The position numbers and the translations under genes were made by a program. Of a stretch of DNA of 64,000 nt, positions 24,811 to 36,922 are shown one piece after another. Below the pieces are notes generated by a model. That model was given only the letters and a program-made list of their open reading frames with translations, was not told the DNA's origin and did not search any database. The number at the start of each line of letters is the position of its first letter. Positions within the stretch are counted from its first letter, which is position 1. Location of the stretch: the NCBI RefSeq assembly GCF_964355755.1, contig NC_092679.1:10275432-10339431 (forward strand), read 5' to 3'. This stretch comes from Antedon mediterranea. Taxonomy: Eukaryota > Animalia > Echinodermata.

Positions 24811-25942
24811 ATTATTATTATTATTATTTTATTTATATAGCGCTTTTCCAAATTAGTATAAAATGATCAAAGCGCTTTACATCAGCAAACCCAACAATGA
24901 GTCACTTCTTAGGAAATAGATGTGTTTTGAGGGCTTTTTTAAATTTTAAAACCGTGGTTTGTTCCCGGATCAGAGACGGGAGTTCGTTCCACATCACCGG
25001 TCCAAATTTTGAGAAAGTATTATTTCCAGAGGTCCGCTTTTCGAGACAGTGATCTAATCTAGTGTGATCTATCTCGGACCTCAGGCCTCTCTTAGCACAT
25101 CTATACACCCGTAAGAGATTGCTCAGATAACAGGGCGCATTATTATTTATACAATTGTAGACATGAAGTAACACTTTAAAAGTGATTCTACTTTCAACAG
25201 GTAGCCAATGCAATTCATAAAGCAGAGGTCTAGAACTAACAAACATAGGTACTTGGTAAATTAATCTGGCAGCCCGATTCTGAAGCTTTTGTAATCTCGA
25301 AATGTTATGTTTGGACATTCCAACAAATAGTGAGTTACAATAATCTAACCTGGATAGAATTAGTGACCTCAAAGCCTCGTTACACGTTCTTATTCTACGC
25401 AATGCCCTTAAGAAAAAAATTACAGTACGGCAGACATTATCAATGTGGGGTGTCATACAAAGAAAAACATCAAACACCACACCAAGATTTCTAACTATGT
25501 TGGAGGGTTTAACAATAATTTCACCAATATTCAGTTGAATATTTCTATTACTAATGTCGACTTTTGGTGGAGTTAAAACTAATAACTCTGTTTTTGATAC
25601 ATTCAGTTTAAGTTGATTTTTGTACATCCAAATACTAAGATCATTACTACATTTAGAAATTCTGTAAATGGCAACTTCGAGATCCCCTGGCACTTTAGGG
25701 TTAGCTGGTATACAATTGAGTGTCGTCTGCGTATAGATGAAAAAGTATCCCATGAGACTTAATAATGTTAGCAATAGGTTTAATGTAAGTGGTAAAAAGT
25801 GTGGGACTAATTGTGGACCCTTGTGGGACACCGGAGCTAAGATAAAATTTACTTGATTCAGATCCATTTAAAGTGACTTTACAATATCTGTCTTCGACGT
25901 ATGTTTTAATCCAGTTACTAGCATTTCCTATTACCCCATAGT
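24811..25942 (-). mobile_element. L2/CR1-group LINE, 3' part (RT C-terminal half, 3' tail)
   Basis: NQLKLNVSKTE, VRNLGVVFD, SRLDYCNSL, LHWLPVESRITFK, FKKALKTHLF. 3' end AAGCGCTTTG..AAAAGCGCTATATAAAT followed by (AAT)n. Confidence 0.92.
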
Positions 25943-27222
25943 TAGGTGATCATTTAGAATAACCTATTGTTATTGTACAAAATCTTCATTGTTATTGTCA
26001 GTATTATTGGTTATCCGCAACGAAGTTGCAGGATAACCTCTTGTGATTGTACGAAATCATCATCTTTTTAATCATCTTCTTTCTTTCTGTATGATTTTTG
26101 TGTAACGCTTTTCTCTAAAACTTGCAAACATAACATTTTGTTAACTATCATAACATATTGACATTTACGTAACGTCGTCAAGCGAAGCTTTTCATGACGT
26201 TTATAATTGCGCAACGTGACTTACGCGCGATTTAATGATTTTCTCGTATTTAACATAGGTCAAAAACAAAATGACATTTCAAATTGAAACTTTGCAAAAG
26301 TTTAACATATTTTTTTTGTGTCATATTTCAATTAAAAAATAGCTTAAAATAATAACACTTTTTTATTAATAGTAATACACTACAATATACATTTCTCTTA
26401 AGAACAAAATATAAATAATTTCATAATGTAATAAATATAAATCTACTTTTTATTTTCTCTTAAAAACAAAGTCTATAAATAATTTGTTGTCAATTTTTTC
26501 TTTTTTTAGCATATTTTCACTAAAAAATAATTTAATTAAACATAAAACTTTCTTATTCAAATAAATAGTTATTACTTACTAAATAAACAGATGATAAACG
26601 TTCTATAAATAATTCAAGATTAAAAAAACATTATATAAAAAACAGTGCTTTTATTGAACACTTTCATATTTCAATTTAAAAAATAGCTTAAAATAACTTT
26701 TTAAATAATGATATTATTATAATATACATTTCTCTTAAGAACAAACTATAAATAATTTCATGATGTAATAAATATAAATCTACTTTTTCTTTTTTCTTAA
26801 AAACAAAGTCTATAAATAATTTATTATTTAAGGATTAAAAAACATTATATAAAAAACAGTACTAAGTCCTTTTTTTTAAATGCAAAGTTACCAGTCAATA
26901 AGTTTAATTTATAACTTTCTGTAGGAAAAAAATTGCAAAATTCAAAATGCGCAAAATTAATTTCTAATCAACTTTCTACGCGTTTCATGTCGTTTTAAGC
27001 ACGTAAACAATTCACACGCGTGCGCAAATTTTTACGTGTGCGGTGCGCACGTAGCATTAAAAACATATTTTTTCGCGTGATTTATGTTTTTCCAGCCTTT
27101 TCTAGTAATTTTAACAACTTTTAAACAATTTCGACTTAAGGTAACGTCATACGAGCACGTCGAATTGGCCAATTTGCGCACGTTTTTTATGAAAAAGTTC
27201 AAAAATTCGCCAAAATTATGCA

Positions 27223-27924
27223 TTTTTAGTCGCGTGGAAGCGACTCTATAGTTCACTATGTCGGTCTGTCGGTCTGTCTGTCGGTCCGGTATCACTATGC
27301 GTTTTATCGCTTTCTGACCTTATCTTGATATCAGTTTAATCTAGCTAAGTCAATTTTTCACAGTATATTCCTTATGGCCAGGAATCGATGTGGTTATGTT
27401 TTCACGGTGCGCAATAAAAAATTACGCGGTCTACGCACGATTTAACGAAATCATCATGAATCACAATTAAATAAAATTTGGTACTCATAAATTTCAGGGC
27501 ATAAATCATCATATGGCAATACAATTACGTGCGTAGCGCATGTAACGCATGCGTACGCGCGCTTAAAATTTTCAACATTTATTTTCGATGAAATAAGAGT
27601 ACGTTTCAGGCAATTTTAAGCGTTTACAAAATTGCCATGAGTGCGCAGATTTTTGCGCGCGCACTGCGCGTTAAATGTTATTGCGCACTATTTTTGCCCG
27701 ATTTCTATTTTCTTGACTTACTTTTCAACTCGAAATTACGTTATACGAGCACGTCAAAAGTGACAGGCTACGCACGTGTAAATTAAAAAAATTGTTACCG
27801 GTAACTGTTTTTAAACATTTCAACATTTTTAAACATGTTCAGTAATTTCGGTCAGTTGGTAGGTTGGTCGGTCGGTCGGTAAACACTAAGCACGCGACTG
27901 CAGCCATCTATATGGCCTTGTTTT
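27223..27924 (+). mobile_element. DINE-1/HINE-like element
   Basis: TTTTT-AGTCGCGTG ... (GTCT/GTCG)n ... CACGCGACT, hairpin GCCAT..ATGGC, CTTGTTTT. Confidence 0.75.
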
Positions 27925-28624
27925 AAACAGTCGTAATTTCTAAACTGCACGGTCAACATTTTTGTGGATGACATTTTCTGGGAGTTGATGAGTTGTAGAT
28001 ATCGAATCATGTATTAGTATGGCTAACCGGACATTGTGACGTCATCGTATGGCCACGCAATATAAAATTTAAGATTTTTGTATCTTTCGTCATAGCTCAT
28101 CACATTTAATAGAACGCATCTCCACTTATCCGTTTTCCATTTTCACCCCGATTGTGATATTCTCTAGGTCAATCAACTATCTTTTGCATGAGTTAAAAAT
28201 AATTTAATTTTATGACGTCATCATGCCTAAAAATTAAAATTACATTAAATTTAAATCTGTTATAGCTCGTAAGAATAAAATGTGATAATCACGATTAAAA
28301 CATTTTCTGGAAGCTATTGGATTGTAGATACGAAATAATATAAAAATGTTGCCAATCGGATGTTGTGACGTCATCATATGGCCAGTTAACTAAAAAAAGT
28401 CGTATATTTATTTTTTGCGTAATAGTTCATTACATTTAAAAGAGCGCGCATCAATATTTCACGTTTTTAAATTTCTTCTACACGTTAATATGTTGTTGCT
28501 GAGATAATTTCCTTCCGAAATTGCTATCTTTGTATTTCATTTTAAAACTGTCGCCATGTTAAAATTGGAATAAATAGCGGGTCCTCGCGTCCTGTAATAT
28601 CACCTATTATACACTGTATGTAAT

Positions 28625-29575
28625 TAGTCTGTGTTCCAGATGGAGTTTTGTCTTAATATTAGTAAAAAGATAAATATTTTGGCACATATGGCGTTTCATA
28701 CGTATACTACTTGATTTTGGATACTCCGTCTGGGGAAACACGCACAAGTCACGTGGTTTGACACCAAGAATTCTTGGTGCATACGATTATCCGGTTGACT
28801 AGTTTCAGCTGCATGCGATTGGCTACTCACTCGTACACCGTTTTAATATTCATATTTTAGAATTTCAAAGACTCAACAACTAAGATGATGCGCATGCGCT
28901 ATGTTACGTTTAGACAACGTGTACTTGGGTACATTTATGAAAGTTTCTGAAGGCTAGAAATTATTTTATATGCCTAGTAGTCTGGTAAACATTTGATGGG
29001 ATTTTTCCCAAGAACACGAAAACTCGTCTTGATATGATAAGCTAGCTTCTTCGCAAATCAAACATTGAATGGATCATTTATTACGCGGAGATAATTTTGA
29101 TTTAATTCCGACCCAGACCCTGTCCTGTTCTGTGTGGTGGTGTAGCCCTGTCGTGTGCCGGTGGTATGTAGGCCTACTTTATTGGCGTTTTATTTGGCAG
29201 GTCATACGTGCGAGTTGAGTAGGACCTACGAAAGAGGCCTAGGCCAAGGACTAAACAATTAATAAACAAAACAACTTGGCATTACGATTTTATATTTCAA
29301 CAGTCTCGATCGTACATTCAGCACTGTACGTACTCGATCTTTTTCATTTTGAAACAAAATGATCATTGGTTGATTCGAAATCCATGTTTACATACCGCCC
29401 GCCCCATATAGCCAAATACGGTATGATAACCTACGTCATTCTTATCGGATGTTTGCGGTCTGCAAATCGATTTCTATACGTGTTTCACAAGTCTGTATTT
29501 TCAGACAAAAATCGCGGTCGAAATAAAAACAAATAAATTTTAAAAAAAAGATAATACAGACTTGGGGCAAGTCTA
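28625..29575. mobile_element. Non-autonomous DNA element with TAG..CTA ends and 10-bp TSD (AcademH-like)
   Basis: TGTATGTAAT at 28615-28624 and 29576-29585; ends TAGTCT / AGTCTA; empty site in the paralog near 57810. Confidence 0.65.
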
Positions 29576-31403
29576 TGTATGTAATATGTAAACATATTTT
29601 ACTGTTTATACCGACTGTAATGGAATGGTATAGCCCAAATCGTTTATTTCCTACCTATTTCTATAATGTAGCAGGCCAAATAAGACTAAGTTATTTTTAC
29701 AGGATAGAGGGAGGCAAACAATATTTTTCTCGTATCAGAGCCGTTCATCGTTGTTAGGAGATATGTGATTTCTATTACATTTTCCAGTTTGTTTGTCAGT
29801 TGCTCGTCCGGCCTGTAGGTCATAATGACAACGTGAACACTTCCTTTTAATGTTAAAAGATACGTCGTTAAACGTCCATGTTTCACCACTTGCGCGGCGG
29901 ATAACCAAACTCGTCAAAGTGACGAGTTTCATGTCTAGTTCTTCTTTCTGTACACTTTTTGTGTAACAATTATCTCAAAAAGTTGAATAGCAATGATCAC
30001 AAAAATTTTACAATGTCTTTCAAATACTTTAACTTAATCATAATAAGCTTTTCAATGTGATCACTCAACCGTGACGTCAATAATACGCGATTTTGTGAAA
30101 TCACACTATCAATCATATCTCCATAATTCATTATCACATATTAATGAAATTCACTACACGTAAACTTCAGGTCAAGGGTAAAAATATTAGCAAATAAAAA
30201 GTTGCGCGTTTCAAGGCCATGCACGTGAAATCGCGCGTTATAAATTTAAAACGCTAAAAATTAAGTTTTGATCAATTTAGAGCATGAATTAGGCCATTTG
30301 CGCCTTTCAAAAAATTACTGCGCAAAAACACGTTTTTGCGCACGCGATTCTTGGAAAGCGTAAAGGATAAAATTTGATGTATAAATCACAATCTACTCAC
30401 ATTTCTTAGTACATTCACCGATTATGAGTTCATTTCGACTCAAGGTAACGCTATACGAGCACGTTAAAAATGACAAAATGCGCACATTAATTTCACAAAA
30501 GTTCTGAAAATGGTGAAAAATAGGTCTTTTTTAAAATGAAAATAACTCTTCAGAATGCAAGATGACCCCCAATTTTTTTAACTTATTCGGGAAGCCATTG
30601 AGTTGTAGATATGAATTTATGTACACATTTGACGTACAAATTGTTGTGACATCATCAAATGGCCACTTGAATTTAAATTTAAGTATTTTTCTCTTTCGTC
30701 ATATAATTATCACATTCAATAGAACGCATCTCTGTTATTTTGTGCCCGATTTTCGCTAAAATTTGAGTATGTGATTTCTCAATTAATTGGCTTTCTCATG
30801 ACTTGCCACTATTTTCATTTTGATGACTTAATCACGCGTAAAACCTTGAATAACGTAGGTCGTGTAATTTCAACTTCGCCGTAAATTTAAATATCTTACA
30901 GCTCTTCAGAATTGAAGGTTACCTTGATTATTATAATTTATTATGAAAGCTGATGAAATGTAGATATGAATTCATATAAAAATCAAGCCTATCTGATGTG
31001 ACGTTAACATATGGCCAGATGAAGTTAAAAATGTATTTTTATTGCATTGTGCTTCTACGTGCCAAATTCTATTCCATTTCTTATATTTATTTGCTCAATT
31101 CATTATCTTTCGAAATTGTCATATTCGAGTTTATTTTGATAACTCCATCAAAAAATTAGAACATGATGTGTGGCCTGTAATTTCACCTATGCTACACTGT
31201 ATATAGATATACATTATATACTGTACATATTGTATTTGGCATATAATAGGCTCAACTCAACACTATAAGCGTATAATAGGATGGCATACATCAACATTTT
31301 CTGATCGTATGTTAACGTACGTGCATGTAAAAAAATAATAATTTCAGTAAAATGATAAAAATGATCACCTATAATTCGTCAAAGTGACGAATTAAATTCT
31401 AGT

Positions 31404-31690
31404 TATCTTTAAGTCTGTTTACAAGTATATTGTGATCTACCGTGTCGAAGGCTGCGGATAAATCTAGAAGTACCAGTATCAACACACGACCCTTCCTGCA
31501 GGATATCAGTTTTAAGCTTTAACAGTGCTGTCTCTGTACTAAATTTGGGTTTGTAAGCAGATTGTAACGGCTTCATGAGGTCGTTTTCAATACAATAATT
31601 ATTAAAAGCACTCAAGATTGGCCTTTCAATTAGTTTTCCAAGAGTTGGAAAATTTGAGACAGGTCGGAAATTTGCCAAAACATTCTTAGA
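31404..31690 (-). mobile_element. Same LINE, upstream RT part (5'-truncated)
   Basis: NFRPVSN, QSAYK..STETAL, LDLSAAFDTVDH. Rejoins 25942 in frame (RLKDN|YGV). Confidence 0.9.
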
Positions 31691-32575
31691 CTTTGTGGAA
31701 AAACACCCGATATGTATGAACTATTTACTTTAACACTTATCGGAAAACTTTAAACATCTGGGTCTATACCATAGAAAAGCAATTTAGTAATTAAAATGAT
31801 TTACACATTTTAATCTTGCGTTTATTTTAATTTAATTGCAGGCCTAATATAAGGGCAAATAAAACTCTCAGATCAGGAGGCAAAAGGCCGGGTGGAAAAA
31901 GGCCTGGTGGCAAAAGGCCGGGTGCCAAAAACCAGAGTGGCAAAATGGACTGGGTGGAAATGGGCCGTTGTCGAAATACCGGGCGAAAGGCTGGCAAAAG
32001 GCCAGGTGGCAACCGGCCGGAACCTATGTACTACTCACTATGCTAATTAAAGTTCAGGTGGGACATACACTGACCTATGACCCTTTCTTAAGGGGTCATG
32101 GTACAGGATTTGGCACTTTACGTTTTCTCAGTTGGTTAAACTTACTTATTGTACTTTCCAAGGTTTCATCGATGTACGTGATCATGCTACTTTTAATGAC
32201 CACTAATTAATTACTTTCTTAAGCAGATTGGATACAGGGGAGTTGATACTTAAGAATGATAGATCTTCAATTAAACTCTAAAAATAAACATTTTAGCATT
32301 GGTTTTACATGTGTACTCATTATTTTAATTAAGTCCGGGTGGGACTTAATTAAGGGGTCATGGTACAGGATTTGTATATGAAAAGTATATTATTATATGT
32401 CAACCAGAGCTATGCTCACTGAACCGTAAGAATGAGTTAGTCTCTACTTGTAGACATAGGAAAAAATTCTTACTAAATTGCAGATCCAAATAGTTTATCT
32501 AAAACAATAGGCTATTGTATACGACTTCCTGATGACTCACTTCTATTAAGTACTGTGTCACTTATGTTTTATATT

Positions 32576-32631
32576 TCACCTGAAGAGTGCGGCCAGCTAC
32601 ATGCTGGCCGTACAAAACAAATTTGTAGTGA
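32576..32631 (+). ncRNA. Type I hammerhead ribozyme relic (G12A)
   Basis: TCAC-CTGAAGA-[GTGCGGCCAGC tacat GCTGGCCGTAC]-aAAAC-aaattt-GTA-GTGA. Confidence 0.7.
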
Positions 32632-33054
32632 TTAAAACAATGAAGTAACCAAGTTTTCTGCTGTTATTTTATTTATACATAAATATATATATATTTATAG
32701 ATCACCGGGCGGTTTCGAATTAATGTTCATTGCCTAATGTGTTTATATATATAAAAGTATCTCTTCGGAGATCCCGCCTCGTGAATAAAAATACTGAAAG
32801 ATGAGGGCGTATCAATTTGATCTCTGGTGCGCGTGCGTACAACTGAGGACTAGTGCTGTTCCGCCGTACCACGGTTAGGACATCTGCATATCAAGCAGGC
32901 GGTCCGAGTTCGAGCCTCGGTTGGGGCGACTTTTTCTCATTCTCACAGATTTCCTCATCTTTATCGTTTCAAATTAATTAATAAAATTTCAGTATATCAC
33001 CGAGCGGTTTGGAATTAATGTTCATTGCTTAATGTGTTTATATATATATAAAAT

Positions 33055-33498
33055 ATATGCCAAAATTTGGGCAGTCACCTTTGCGGCAAATCTTGCAAAA
33101 CTTGTTCATTGGTTGATTCTACTGAAAAATTTTAGAGTAACCAAACTGGCCGCATTTTTCGGATAAGACAATCAATTAATTGTCTAACCAAAAACGTCAT
33201 TTATCTCATATACTGTAATATTTGTGGCAAACAGTACGTCGGAGAAACAAAAAACACTCTCCGTATGAGAATGACACAACATAGATCAGCTATCAAAACA
33301 TTAAAGCTTGATCAACCTGTAGCCGAACATTTTAATTCAGCTGGTCACTCGATTGCAAATTTCAGAGTTATTGCAATAGATCACGATGTCAAATGGAGCG
33401 ACAAAACTCGCAAAGACAAAGAAAACCACTGGGAATTACTACTTAAAACCACAAAACCTTTTGGACTTAACATTAGGAACATACTCCCAGATCGGTAA
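33055..33498 (+). pseudogene. Penelope-like element GIY-YIG endonuclease end (5'-truncated)
   Basis: CGKSCKTC...NVIYLIYCNICGKQYVGET...RMTQH...VAEHFN..H...E..W...L.T..PFGLN; one internal stop. Confidence 0.9.
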
Positions 33499-33727
33499 AA
33501 TTATTCCATTGACTACCAAAATTTAAGTTTCAATATTAACCACCATTTTAGCTTTTTTAGTTCCATTCCAAATTTTTTTTTTTTTCTACCAAGCTACCTT
33601 CATTGTTTTCTACTCTTATTCAGTCTCCACCCACTATTCAACACGCTGTTTCTATTGTTATATTTCTTTCCACCCAGGCAGTACTTGCCAACTCATATGC
33701 TATGACTTTATCCAAATTCCCTCACTT

Positions 33728-33764
33728 GCACTGATGAAGGGCTAGTGTTGCCCGAAAGCTCTGC
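33728..33764 (+). ncRNA. Minimal hammerhead ribozyme in Penelope pseudo-LTR
   Basis: GCA-CTGATGA-A-GGGC tagtgtt GCCC-GAAA-GC-TC-TGC; predicted cut after C33761. Confidence 0.8.
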
Positions 33765-33949
33765 TAACTTTCTGGCTGTTTACTTTATCGTTTTGATTTA
33801 GCTTTTCGCTTTTTTTTTTTGTATCTCCATTGAGATCCAGCCACTGATGCCCACAGCATTGTCATTTTTTTCAGTAATTTGCCTTCGGATTTATATATAT
33901 ATATATATGACGTTATACTATGACTTTATCCAAATTCCCTCACTTGCAC

Positions 33950-35559
33950 CAAAGATAGTGTAGTAGGAAGATGTTACACTTCCTATTCGTTCAATGCAAA
34001 TAAAAGCGAGACAACATGGAGCTAAATTTAAAGGGCGCCTCGCACGTCGAGTAGGGATACGGAAGGTTATTGTATAGGAAATAGGCTATATAACAGAAGA
34101 ATAATATGACTGTAAAATTAAGATTTAATACGAATTAATATATAAAATGTACTGTTATCTTTATAGAAAGTGCAAATGAATCATATTTTTATGTTTTGGA
34201 ATACAAATTTGTGTTTCAATTACCTGGAATTGTTTAGGTACCTGGAATATCTACCATATTTTATTTCTTTTATTTTAATGTTTTTATTTGCAAATCAACT
34301 TACCTTTTAAAAAATTATTATTTACATTTAATTGTTAACATTGGACAGAGATAAAGAATGTATACCTAGCTTTAGAAACACTTTTTTATCAGAGTGAATA
34401 AATATATTAGGGGCCTATTAGTGGTAATAATAATAGGCCTACAATGTGTATGCCTATATAATAATCGATTACGTATGGTTTATTTCTAAATGGGTAATAA
34501 AAGAGAATAGGTAGTATGGCATGTGTAATCAATCAATCAATCTCTATTGTAATCAATAATATTAATTATTATACAAATAGTCGTCTATAAGGGGAAACAT
34601 ATACAATGAATACGGTACCAGTAGGCCGCAACATTCAATAGGAATTTAGGACTACGGGTATGTTTTTTTTACTTAATTATTGTTAATTATCTATTAATTT
34701 AAATAATTTAATAATAACTAATTATTATATTATGCTTGTAACACTCCGAACTTTCGTGCATTCATCGTAAAGTTGCCATGATTATGTAATGCCTAACATT
34801 ATCGATAATAATATAAGCCGATGAGTTCATCATTAATATTGGTAAGGTATATCAAAGAAAAAAATATCCGTGGGGAGGCCTACTTTAGCCCCTTTTATTA
34901 TACTACCCTTACAAAAAATGTTCTGTAGAATCTATATATAGAAGTTTTAGAATTCTATATTAATCTATAGAAACAAATAATTTCTACCTACCCCTAGAGT
35001 TTTTAGAAATTGCTGTATAGAAAATATTGAAATTGCAGAAGAATTGCTATCATTTATTCATAAATCATATATTGTTTGCCAACAACAATACTGTAAAATT
35101 TGCATTATGACTTCAGACTTGACTGGGGTTTACCAAGATGAGTAAGAGTTTTTATGGGTACGGGTTGGTTTGGGTACGAGATGACCAGCATCCATTCATG
35201 ATTGCGTCTACACAGAGGCGCGCGTGAGCCTCCTCCTGATCCTAGCTCAGTGTTTACAGTCATGTCATTCCAAAACTCACTCCAAATAAATGTATTAACA
35301 ATTAAAAAGATCCAAAAACAGTATGAAAACATCATATTAATTTTTAACTTTGTATAATAAAAAAAAAAAAAGAAGTTTTATGTTTTTTGTGGCTTATTTT
35401 TACAATTTATTGCCGAAAACACCATTTTCGTTGGGATTTGCCATTGCGCTCCTCATCTTTCAGATTCGTCTATCCCTACTCGTCGTGAGAGGCGCCCTAT
35501 CTCGAGCGGTTCTCTAATTTTTGAGCGAAGTGTAACATCTTCCTACTACACTATCTTTG
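33950..35559. mobile_element. Non-autonomous P-element-like transposon
   Basis: Perfect 33-bp TIR CAAAGATAGTGTAGTAGGAAGATGTTACACTTC, 7-bp TSD CTTGCAC, subterminal inverted motif. Confidence 0.85.
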
Positions 35560-35613
35560 CTTGCACTGATGAAGGGCTAGTGTTGCCCGAAAAGTAAACA
35601 GCCAGAAAAGTTA

Positions 35614-35650
35614 GCAGAGCTTTCGGGCAACACTAGCCCTTCATCAGTGC
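35614..35650 (-). ncRNA. Minimal hammerhead ribozyme, inverted pseudo-LTR copy
   Basis: Reverse complement of 33728-33764; faces a truncated + copy at 35564-35593. Confidence 0.75.
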
Positions 35651-36604
35651 ATATATATAAATCCAAAGGCAAATGACTGGAAAAAAAATGATAATTAATT
35701 AATTAATTAATTAATAATTAATATTAATAATCATAGGGAATGGGGATAGTAATTTAAGAGGGTAATTCGAGATTTATATGATGAAATGAATTGAATAATA
35801 TTGTAAAGTGTAACGATGATGCAAGTATACGTATAGGGGAATTAGGGTAGAGTGTATTTGGAATAGAAGTAATTATTTATTTATTGTTGTAATCATTTAT
35901 TTGTTTATTGTATTTAATCGGGTTTTGAGTATTAGGAAAGGGGTAAAGGCCATCTCTAGAGATAATTGAGGGAGTAAAGGGAAGATATTTATGTGTTTAT
36001 TGTTAACGGGTATTTATTTATTAGATGTTATTGAATGGTTAAATGTGAAACTTCATATGAATGCTCGTTTGAGCCTGAGGTATAAATGTTTAAAAGAAAA
36101 GGGAAAAAAAATAATTAAAATAACGATAGAAGCTCTTGAAGTAATTGGTAATTGTTTTCTGTATAACTAAATTGGCAAGGTTTCGTGACACTGAGGACTC
36201 TTGGGCAGTATCATAGGAATATTTGGTAATACAATGTCACACGTTGTTCACATGATATCTCAATATCATATACCATAACCGAACCCTTAACCTAACCGTA
36301 GCCTATTTAAAAGTATATCATCTTTATCTAGTCCACCCACACGCCCTTAAAATACGAAAAGATATTAACATTCAGTGAATTATTTCTATTTTATATCACT
36401 GTGCTCCACTGGCGCCAAATTGGGTCCACTTGAGCACAGTGTATTAGTATACGAAAATATATTAAAATGGTTGGGTTTGTGATGTCATTTTTGCTTAGGC
36501 TCGGGGTTTTAGGCTATCGAATTGTAAAATTATACTACAAATGTTTTACAGTATTTCCATTATCCTCAGGAAGGCATTTGGGGATATATAGATATGGATA
36601 CACA

Positions 36605-36922
36605 TACGTGATGGTGTAATGGTAATATCGGACTAGCATGTGATAGGCATGGGTTCGAGGTTATCTGTACCATACTAATTGCATCCTTAGGCAAGATGCT
36701 TTACTCTCATTGCCTCGTCCTTCGGATGGAATGTAAAGCCGTTGAACCCGTGTACTTAACAGTGCACGTTAAAGAACTTGGTACACTATTCGAAAAAAGA
36801 GTAGGGGATCGTCTCCCGGTGTGCTGCACTGTTGGCTACCGTGGGTCCGTGAAGGGCCTAATCCGAATTTCCTCAGTTTCCAGTTAAGCTTGAGGACAAA
36901 AAATATAAATACCTTTACCTTT
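36605..36922 (+). mobile_element. tRNA-derived SINE with Deu/Nin-like domain (second family)
   Basis: TGGTGTAATGG A box, GGTTCGAG B box, GCACGTTAAAGAAC...GAGTAGGGG core, (ACCTTT) tail. Confidence 0.65.

Larger units (their letters stand above)
26005..29939 (+). mobile_element. HINE-like element nested in the former
   Basis: Sub-TIRs GGTTATCCGC / GCGGATAACC, 3' hairpin AACTCGTCA-AAG-TGACGAGTT, CTAGTT; related copy at 57604-59205 (-). Confidence 0.75.
25943..31403 (+). mobile_element. Helentron-associated non-autonomous element (HINE-like), outer
   Basis: Sub-TIRs TAGGTGATCATTT / AAATGATCACCTA, 3' hairpin AATTCGTCA-AAG-TGACGAATT, then CTAG; inserted in TT. Confidence 0.75.

Noticed and set aside
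32860-32930. tRNA-like sequences (also 37170-37231 and 60665-60735)
   Set aside because: A/B boxes are only partly present and no complete cloverleaf could be folded; more likely SINE heads or relics than tRNA genes.
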